Assembly: GCA_946965045.2 (NCBI GenBank)
Contig: OX337230.1
Span: forward strand, 3,534,001-3,598,000
Origin: Epithemia pelagica
Lineage: Eukaryota; Protista; Bacillariophyta
Length of the DNA stretch: 64,000 bases
Reading direction: 5' to 3'
Position numbers and translations under genes: made by a program. Of this stretch, positions 55,847-64,000 are shown in pieces. Under the pieces are notes generated by a model. The model saw nothing but the letters and a program-made list of their open reading frames with translations. It made no database searches and was not told where the DNA came from. How positions within the stretch are numbered: the stretch's first letter is position 1; every line of letters begins with the position of its first letter.

Positions 55847-56255
55847 GAGGAGGAGACCAAGGTTGGAGCTTGGTCGCGGAGAAATGCAATGAAACCAGCA
55901 TGACAGCTCTGTAGCTCCAAGGATCCGGTGTCAAATGGTGACTTCTTGGATACACACGTGCAAGTCTAAGTGTAACGCTTAGTTTCATTGGTTCCATGTA
56001 TTCATTGTATGCATTGGTGCGACAGACGTAGCTCTGTTGGTCATTCACATGAACAACAGATTCATCCACAACATACGACACGCCCCGTGAAAAGGAAACA
56101 AAAGTATGAGATGGTCGTTAGAAGCCTTAATTGTTCGTAAGCTTGTTCGAATACCATTTCTTTGACAGACTACCAGGAGTTTTGGTTCGAGTCATTGATT
56201 CTCTTCAGATTGAACTTTGTCAAACGCCACCATTTGCACAACTCAACTCATTCCT

Positions 56256-58721
56256 TCATTCAATATCCATGGCTGCGTTGTTGCTGTCCATTGCTTTCTT
56301 AGTTTCTTTCGACGCTCTATTGACGCCCTCCGCTGTGTCGATGAATAGGTCTTTCGCCGCTTTTCGGTAGCAACCAGTGAAACGTGAAAGGCTTTCTCCT
56401 CGAGGGGCAATAATGCCGCTCATAAAGCCCTGGATCAATTCACAATGTGCTGCAAATACTTCCGATCCCTGATGGTCCTTCAACGTTGTACCTGATAGCA
56501 GAGCATCATGGATTCCAAAACAATCCTCATGAATGCATACAAAGCAAGGAACGAGCGACTCGCGGTTTTTGGACGGATCGAGCTGTAGAGCATTCAAGAA
56601 GCTTGTATCATTTTGTTGCATGTCTTCCATTGCACTATTCTTGTACAACTCCGCAGAAACATTTTCGTCTGGACGATCTTGGCCAACAATGACGAGAAGG
56701 CAAAGCCCTCTTGTGATTCCTGCCTCTGTCAGTTTTGTCCAGGAATCATGAAGGAATCCAGTTGCTTCATTGGGAGACATGTATCCAAAGTTCTTGACAG
56801 AAATAACTATGGGAAGGTAATCCTCTGGTAGGCCTTCTTTAGGTGCTGCGTAGCAAGGTACGATAAGATCAATTGCCTCCATGTCGGTCGGGCAATAAAT
56901 GCCGCACGCTTTGCGATAAAGTCCTTCGAGAAACGTTTTGTTCGCCATTTCGCTTAAGCTGAATCGGATGTTTTGCCGAAAAAATTGAATACAGTTCACC
57001 AGAAGGTCTCGGTCCTTGGTTCTGTTGACCTTTTGTACATCCCCTTGGTTCTGTAGAATGTTCATCCATGCAATGTAGCTCACCGCAAACGCGGTGTACC
57101 TGTCATCTCTTTGCTTTCGAAGCACACCTCCGCAAAACAAGACGTACAACGCGGCTGCAACTTCGCCAAAGTCACCTCTTGCAGGAACGCACACCCCTTG
57201 AGAAAAGATGGTACCCATCATTTCAGCAATCTTTCTCTTCGACACACCTCCAATCGGAAAGGAATGTTGTGCTGAAGCTTGATTCGTACCATGGCCATCG
57301 AAGGTCCAGGATTCGTCCATTAGACACATTGCGATACGAGCGCATACAGGATCTGGCAAGAAAGCAAAAGAGGCCCGGTCCGAAGTACCCTTTACTTTTC
57401 CATGCTCATAATACGTCAGATGAGCATAACCTTTGGAGACCAAGTCTGAAACAATTGGAACACTCGCTGGCCCCATTTGGATGCGTGTTCCAAGAACACT
57501 CAAATATGACGTCATTTGATCCTTCCAATCGACGACACGGCCAAGCACGACTTTTTTTGCCATCTCGTACTCTTTTCTCTCATCAAGTTTGCCGTCCTTA
57601 TACAACTTTGCAAACAGCGGACGGCTATATCGAATCATTGAGTGGTATTCTGTTTTGTCGCCCGCTTCTGGCCATTTACGGGCCAAACACCCCATTGTTC
57701 GCAGGATGAAAAAAGGAGGGAAAGGAACCGTTCCCTTGTCGTAATGACCGCCTTCAAGCATAAGAGTGCGAGATTCGGTAGCTGCCTTGTTTTCTTTCTC
57801 CGGAAATAAATTGGCAAGGACCGAGTTTGTTCCTGCCAAGACCACGGTGAGCTTGCAATGCGTGTTGTTACCATCGATCCTGAACTCTTTCTCGCGCGTG
57901 ATCCATCAAAGCAGACGGATCAGGAAACCATCATGATGTGCCAAGTGTTGAGCTTCGTCGAAAAAAAGCCTGACTGCCCCATCGTATTGGTCTGACTTTG
58001 CACAGTTTTTGCATTGATCTATTACAAGGGTTCGGAGGCGGTTGCCGGCCAACGTATTGCTGTTGGATGTATCCACGGTGTACAATGCGTCGTATTGCGT
58101 ACGCAGCTCCCTCTGTTGCGCTTCTGAAAGAGTTTCACCCGTCAACAGAATCGTCCGCGATGTTCCTGTGTAGTAACTATTTCGAACATGATTCATCAAT
58201 CGTGATTTGCCCGTACCGCTCGATTGAATAATGGCAAGGAGAGGGGCGACGTATTGATCGCGTACTGTGGGTTCCGAGTGCCACTTTTCAACGTCACACA
58301 ACCTTGCTTCCAGTGCCTGCACATCGAGTTCGTGAGCCAACTCCTCCTCAAAGCCATAATTTTGAGAAGCCATTCGGCCCATTGATAAACCCGTATTTTG
58401 ATCCAACTTGGCACTCAAATCAACCGATTCATTGAGTAAATCAATCAACCCATCCCATGCTTCCTTGTCTGTGTCTCTCCAGTTTCGTACTTTCCCAATG
58501 CTGTGTTGGAGACAAGGTCTCGCAAACTTCTGATACTCCTCCTTAAAATCATCCTTCGAGATCAGTCTGGAGAGTTCATCTTCGTCGGTGAGCAACGTTG
58601 CCGAGGTCACCATAGTTTTACCACTCGCACTCGAACTACTTGTCGAGGCACCCGTGACCGTCTCTGTCTTTTGCTTTTTCGGCTGATGACGAGATGGCTC
58701 TGCAAACTGGACGTTGGACAT
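56256..58721 (-). pseudogene. Crinkler/RHS-type NTPase plus restriction-endonuclease-like protein, split by one in-frame TGA (57908-57906)
   Basis: Walker A AIIQSSGTGKSRL, Walker B LFFDEAQ, sensor VVLAGTNS, and REase-like AIDLIVP...ISVKN. The two listed ORFs share one frame: RLL*WITREKE...VVLAGT. Confidence 0.75.
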
Positions 58722-59378
58722 TGAGCCACAAGTTTTGACTGGTTGACAGTGGCAGGTCTAGAGGGGATAGTGCCGTGGGCAGCGGCACCGTAAAACCCGA
58801 AACCGTGGGCCGGACGCACGTACGCGGTGTCCCCCGCGGAGACACGGACCGACTGCCCATTATTGTGAGACTTCGGATTACCTTTACACACCACGAATGA
58901 TCTACAATTCGACCCATCTCGACTTCCATCACACACACTCTCTTGGTCCAATGGAATGGGCACGCTCGTAAAATCCCACATATGGCATCGTGCCAAGGAT
59001 TCGACGTTCCAACAAGTATTCACCGGTGGGAGCGAGCAAGCCTCGAACAGGATGAGCGCAAGAGTACCATCTTCAGAGGTGGAGAGCTGTAGTCGTCCCT
59101 GGAGCGTGCCGGATCTGGACTGGCGATAGTGTGAGGAACGAAGAAAGTCCTTCTTCGCATCACCATCATCTCCAATGACAACAAAGCCGTTGAGAGTTGA
59201 GAATCTTTCTCGATCACCCGAATATCTTTTTCAATAGGGGGCGTGTGATGATGGTTTTTGTCTTGGGGGCGGAAACAAAAGAAAAGCAGGGACTCAATCG
59301 CGGTCCGTCCGCCTGTCCACACCCGACCATGGTTCGTCGATGATAATAGAGTCTCATTGGAGCAGCAGCAGCATCACC

Positions 59379-60410
59379 ATGGGAGAACGCAAGGTGATTA
59401 ACAAGTACATTCCCGCGGACTTTGATCCATCCTTGATTCCTCGTGGTAAGAAATTGTCCTCCAAAGATGGGACTGTTCCAGTTCGAATGATGTTGCCCTT
59501 TTCCATGCAATGCGACACGTGTCACACCTTTTTGTATCGGGGTCGGAAATTCAATTCCAAAAAGGAACCGGTCCAAGGTTCGGCGGGAAAGTATTTGGGC
59601 ATTCAACGATTTCGATTTTACATCAAATGCAGTCACTGCAGTCGACCCATCTCCTTTTTGACGGATCCCCAAAATGCCGATTACGAAATGGAAACGGGTG
59701 CCACACGAAACTTTGAACTGCATCGCAATACCAAAAAAGAAGTCGACGAGGACAATCCTGGACCCGGATCTGGTACACACAATAATCCTGGAGAGGAGGA
59801 GGACGATAATGATGATGGTGGTGGTAAACCATCCAAGGAACAACAACAACAAGATCCGATGAAAGCCTTGGAAAATCGTGTCTTGGAGTCCCAACGAGAA
59901 ATGGCCGATTTGGACAATTTGGAAGAAATCAAAGCCATGAATGCTCAGCATAGTCGAATGGATCCATTGCAAGCCTTGCACAAGAAACAGTTTCCATCGG
60001 AACAGGGCGATTTGTTCTTGTCGGAACAAGAGGAAGCCTTGATTCGGTCCATTCAATTTGGTTCTTCTGCCGCCGCCTCCAACCGAATTCAACGACTGAC
60101 GGAGCAAGACGAACAGCGCATGGAGGAACAACGACGAACCCAGTCCTTGATGCTAGGACGACAACAGGATGCAGACGACGAACCCACGACACGGAAACGA
60201 ACGGCTGGATTGCCGGCTGGACTGGTGGTGGTCCCAAAGAAAAAGAAACAGAACCCAGCCACCACCAGCACCAACGCCACTCCTGCTACGGCACGCGTTT
60301 CGGCGTCGAACAACAAGAACAACAACGACAAGTCGTCGCAGTCCACTACGGACGGCGGTAACACTGGACTGGCTGGTTTGTTGGGGGAGTATGGGTCCGA
60401 CTCGGAGTAA
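59379..60410 (+). CDS. YJU2: Splicing factor YJU2/CWC16 (CCDC94) homolog
   Basis: MGERKVINKYIPADFDP, RMMLPFSMQCDTC, RKFNSKKE, YLGIQRFRFYIKCSHC, TDPQNADYEMETGATRN. Confidence 0.95.
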   Translation: MGERKVINKYIPADFDPSLIPRGKKLSSKDGTVPVRMMLPFSMQCDTCHTFLYRGRKFNSKKEPVQGSAGKYLGIQRFRFYIKCSHCSRPISFLTDPQNADYEMETGATRNFELHRNTKKEVDEDNPGPGSGTHNNPGEEEDDNDDGGGKPSKEQQQQDPMKALENRVLESQREMADLDNLEEIKAMNAQHSRMDPLQALHKKQFPSEQGDLFLSEQEEALIRSIQFGSSAAASNRIQRLTEQDEQRMEEQRRTQSLMLGRQQDADDEPTTRKRTAGLPAGLVVVPKKKKQNPATTSTNATPATARVSASNNKNNNDKSSQSTTDGGNTGLAGLLGEYGSDSE

Positions 60411-61391
60411 CACCAGGACCCTCCGTGTTGTGTGAGGGCAACCGTGAGACACGCAACAATGGATTCTCGCCATTGGGACACTGCTTCCCTGCAAATCATC
60501 ACTCCCTACTATCAAAGATGAGGATTCACGAGTCCGGTGCGTGGAAAAATGCCCCAAGGTGAAAGCGAGTTGTTCAGTTTGGGTCAGTCCTTCGATTGCT
60601 CTCATGATGGAGAGCTGCTGCCGGAATATTCCAACCAAGAGAGTGCAGATTTGACACCACTGCACTCTCTCTAGACTCTTATCGTTGGTGTATGTGTCTC
60701 GAGCCACAGAGTACAATCTGGTCGTCGACGAGTTCGAGCAAAAGACCTGGACATGCTTTCTTTCCCTCGGGAGGTACGGGATGAGATGCCATCTTTCAAA
60801 AGTACATATTTGTGGAAAGGTGTTCATCCGAAAGCACAGGACATTTCCACTCCTCTAAAGGAAGCCCCCGTCCAGGTGCAACATACATACATAGCCCACC
60901 TAGTTGATTTCAAACCCGTCATATTTTCGAGGCCAAACTTGAGTCGGGTGTGCTGCCCGTTTGGTCTTGATCATGCGCCACCGGCAGTCCATGATAAGCC
61001 CACGGGACTCGGAGAAGTAGTCCTGCGAGCAGGGCGGGCCAACAAGGATTATGCCGAGGGCCACCATGCCGACCGACACTTTTTTCTTGGGGTGCAATAT
61101 CCATCCATCCATACGAACCAAGATCGTCCATCGACAAGCATCTCTCGACAAGAACCTTCCAATCTTTGAACACCGGACCAAATTTTACGGTGCGACAAGC
61201 CGCGCATCGGCCAAGCGCTCTCCCCATAAAAGCAAATGCAGGGCTGCTCCGGCACGTTGGCAGTCGTTTAGATCTCATTCGGAATCACAACCATAGCTCA
61301 TTTTTTCTCATTTTCCGCTTATTACTACTACCAACAACAACATTCCCCCTGCTCCTCGAACCATCACACTCACATAAGAAACTTACCTTGA

Positions 61392-63638
61392 ATGATGCAA
61401 CCCATTCACAACCTTTGGTGGTCGTTGCTCCTGTCCTTGACGACACAAGCATCACTGGCCCTCAATTTCAAGTTGCATGGTGTGGACTACTCACTCCGGA
61501 TTGGACCCGATTGGGAAACGGACGCCAAACGATGCAAAACTCTCCCGAATGCCATTGCCGACATGACACAACTCGCAACCGTCACAGATAACATTCGCAT
61601 CTTTTCCTTGACGGATTGCAATGCGGGTGATATTTTGTTGCAGGCCACACAACAAGTGGGAGGATTGGGTTTGTGGTTGGGCCTCTGGGTTGGTCCCAAT
61701 GGCACCAACTTTGCCGAGGAACAGGCCGAATTGCTGAATCTGATACAGAATCGTGACGTTTCCAATGTCGTGGGCATTCATGTTTCCAGTGAAGCCATTT
61801 ATCGAGGAGAATTGACCGTCGCCGAGGCCATTGCGCTGCGCAATGATATCAAGGCCGATATGGACAGCAATGGTTTGTCCCAAGTCCCCGTGACGATTGC
61901 GGATATCGTCGACAATTACATTCAGTATTCTGAGCTTGTCACGGTCGATGATCAAGTGGTACACTTTAATCAATTTCCCTTTTGGTCCCTTGCGACCAAC
62001 ATTAACGATGCCGCCCCCTTCTTTTTGAGCCGCGTCAATGCCTTGCAAAATGTTGGTAGTCGACAAATTGTCATTGGAGAAACGGGATGGGCCGGAGATG
62101 GCGTCAATGCCAATGCGAATCCAGCCAATGAACCCAGTATGCAAAAATGGTTGCGCGACTTTGTCTGTTTGGCGCAAGATCAAAATTGGGCCTATTATTG
62201 GTTCATTGCCTACGATTCCGATTGGCAACGTTTCAATGCCAACGACCTGGACGATGTGGAAGGACATTTCGGACTCTTTACGCAAGATGGTACTCTCAAA
62301 CCCTTTTTTCAAAATTTTGACATTAACTGCACGGAACCGGCCGTGGACTTGGTGGATCCGGCCACGGCCACCTTTGCCCCACAACAACCATCCCTCCCAT
62401 CCTCCCTGCCTCCCAGCTCGACTCCGACACGTTCCGTGGCACCCTCCATGGCTCCTTCCAGAGTTCCCAGTTCCAGTCCGACAGTGTCACCACCCACTGA
62501 TGCCACGCCAACTTCCCAGCATCCCAGCAATCCACCCAGTCAGACACCGTGGACGACATCTGTGGAACCCAGTTGGACGCCCTCTGCCTCTCCCAGTTCC
62601 ACCCCGTCTCGTTCCATGACTCCCAGTGTCGGGGGACCCACAACAACGTCCCACCCGTCGACCGTTCCGTCCGGGGCACCCTCGGGGAGACCCACGGTCC
62701 AGGAATCGTCCTTGGACGATAACAGCAGTGACGCACCCAGCAGCAGCGACATGCCTCCGTCCCTCCGTCCCAGCAGCCGTCCGTCCACCACCACCACGAC
62801 CATAACGACGACGACGGAACCCGAAACCACCACTCTCACCACGGTCACGGCCATTCAAAATCTGGAATTGATGCTGCTGGGAGTGTCCAGTATGGATGTC
62901 ACGGCGGTCGAGCAGTTTGTCAATACCACCAAGGAATGGTATCTCAGCATGTATCAAGCCCCAGGGTCGTCGACTCGTCGTCGTACCCGACGACGACTGG
63001 AAAACGCCACAACGTTTTTGGAATTTGATACCGACATTGTCGTGCGATCCCAAGATGTCACGGACGTGGGCAACCGGGTGACCTATGACCAAGTTGTGAG
63101 CTTTCGGGAAGAAGCCTCGACAACGACATCCAGCAGTGTACCGACGTCTCCGCGGGACCTTGTGCTGAATCCGTTTGACAATGCCACCCTTCGATCCAAC
63201 TATTACACTTTGTTACGAAATGCCGGTCCAACCTTTCAAACGGTCGCCGATTCGGGAACTGCTCCCGACGGGACCGCTGTCCCCTTGACCAATACGGAAA
63301 GTACCACGGACGATGGAGGAGGAAGCAAAAAGCTCGTGATTGTGGGTGTCCTCTGTGCCGTGGCCGGCGTCCTCATGATTGCCATTTTGTACCTGGTCCT
63401 CCGACGACGCGCGTCGTTGGGTCGAGGCAAGCATGTCTGGATTGGACACGACTCGTACGACAACAACAACGACAATGATGAATTGTATGGAGACGAAATT
63501 GTTGTAGAACCCCGAGAGCGACCCACTTCGGAATTTAGTTGGAGTCTGCCCCGGGAATCCGAAGTCAGTGACTTGCAAAATCCGTCTCTCTACGAGTATT
63601 CGCGAGAGGCCGAGTACAGCACATCGACCAGTAAGTGA
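61392..63638 (+). CDS. Membrane-anchored GH17-family beta-1,3-glucanase/transglucosylase with a Pro/Ser/Thr linker
   Basis: Signal peptide, GVDYS, IRIFSLTDC, VSSEAIYRG (acid/base Glu), NQFPFW, IGETGW (nucleophile Glu), EGHFGLF. Followed by a PTxxP stalk, an RRRLE motif and a C-terminal TM helix. Confidence 0.88.
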   Translation: MMQPIHNLWWSLLLSLTTQASLALNFKLHGVDYSLRIGPDWETDAKRCKTLPNAIADMTQLATVTDNIRIFSLTDCNAGDILLQATQQVGGLGLWLGLWVGPNGTNFAEEQAELLNLIQNRDVSNVVGIHVSSEAIYRGELTVAEAIALRNDIKADMDSNGLSQVPVTIADIVDNYIQYSELVTVDDQVVHFNQFPFWSLATNINDAAPFFLSRVNALQNVGSRQIVIGETGWAGDGVNANANPANEPSMQKWLRDFVCLAQDQNWAYYWFIAYDSDWQRFNANDLDDVEGHFGLFTQDGTLKPFFQNFDINCTEPAVDLVDPATATFAPQQPSLPSSLPPSSTPTRSVAPSMAPSRVPSSSPTVSPPTDATPTSQHPSNPPSQTPWTTSVEPSWTPSASPSSTPSRSMTPSVGGPTTTSHPSTVPSGAPSGRPTVQESSLDDNSSDAPSSSDMPPSLRPSSRPSTTTTTITTTTEPETTTLTTVTAIQNLELMLLGVSSMDVTAVEQFVNTTKEWYLSMYQAPGSSTRRRTRRRLENATTFLEFDTDIVVRSQDVTDVGNRVTYDQVVSFREEASTTTSSSVPTSPRDLVLNPFDNATLRSNYYTLLRNAGPTFQTVADSGTAPDGTAVPLTNTESTTDDGGGSKKLVIVGVLCAVAGVLMIAILYLVLRRRASLGRGKHVWIGHDSYDNNNDNDELYGDEIVVEPRERPTSEFSWSLPRESEVSDLQNPSLYEYSREAEYSTSTSK

Positions 63639-64000
63639 CCATGCGCCGCGAAACACAGAACGAGAGAGGGTTCCCTCCATCTTGCTGTCATTTATATATG
63701 TGTAGGCTGGCCATGCCTGACAGTTTTCTCGTTATGATTGCGCTTGTTCTGTACACAGTGGATTACGATTATCCCAAAGTGATTGCGGGCAACCAAACCG
63801 TCATTTCCACTACGGTCGGGACACGGGGCGAAAGCACGCAATCGCGTTCGCATCCCGAGGGATCGTCGGCCTCCCGAACTACTACCAAACAAGACTCGTA
63901 TACGGATCATAGTCCCCTGACCATGGGGTCGGATTTTATTTACGACAGTCCCTGGGCCCAACTGGGACCGCAGTATTTGGACGAACGCAACATTTATACG

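Noticed and set aside
60660-61296. Several 70-140-aa ORFs between YJU2 and GH17
   Set aside because: No domain recognised. A small spliced gene cannot be excluded.
1-64000. tRNA/rRNA genes
   Set aside because: None recognised by eye. The only tRNA-related sequence is the 13-nt PBS. A tRNAscan-SE/Infernal run would be needed to exclude ncRNAs.

Overview
Eukaryotic genomic DNA, most likely from a diatom. This is inferred from the CoDi-like copia element, short GT-AG introns, secreted P/S/T-repeat proteins with an RRL motif, and several protein families typical of diatoms. I found no rRNA, tRNA or CRISPR array. Mobile DNA: (1) a damaged Ty1/copia LTR retrotransposon at 1-5454 (minus strand) with a 278-bp 5' LTR, an internal-tRNAiMet PBS and a candidate -1 gag-pol frameshift signal; (2) an apparently complete 8.55-kb tyrosine-recombinase (DIRS/Ngaro-like) retrotransposon at 20981-29532, bounded by identical 189-bp direct repeats, whose RT ORF appears to carry a degenerate C5-DNA-methyltransferase-like N-terminal domain and a C-terminal Dam-like remnant; (3) a MITE-like element at 38321-39031. 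Host genes include a redoxin, a two-BAG-domain polyQ protein, an F-box/pseudo-Ran fusion, an adenosine deaminase pseudogene, SKP1, a pseudokinase, a DUF5522-like/MMAB fusion, a BTB/BACK-like protein, a HET-like/TPR protein, a Crinkler-type NTPase-REase pseudogene, YJU2 and a membrane-anchored GH17 glucanase. Two blocks of about 0.8-0.9 kb are almost free of TpA and also CpG-poor. All motif calls and counts were made by eye; no database searches were run.
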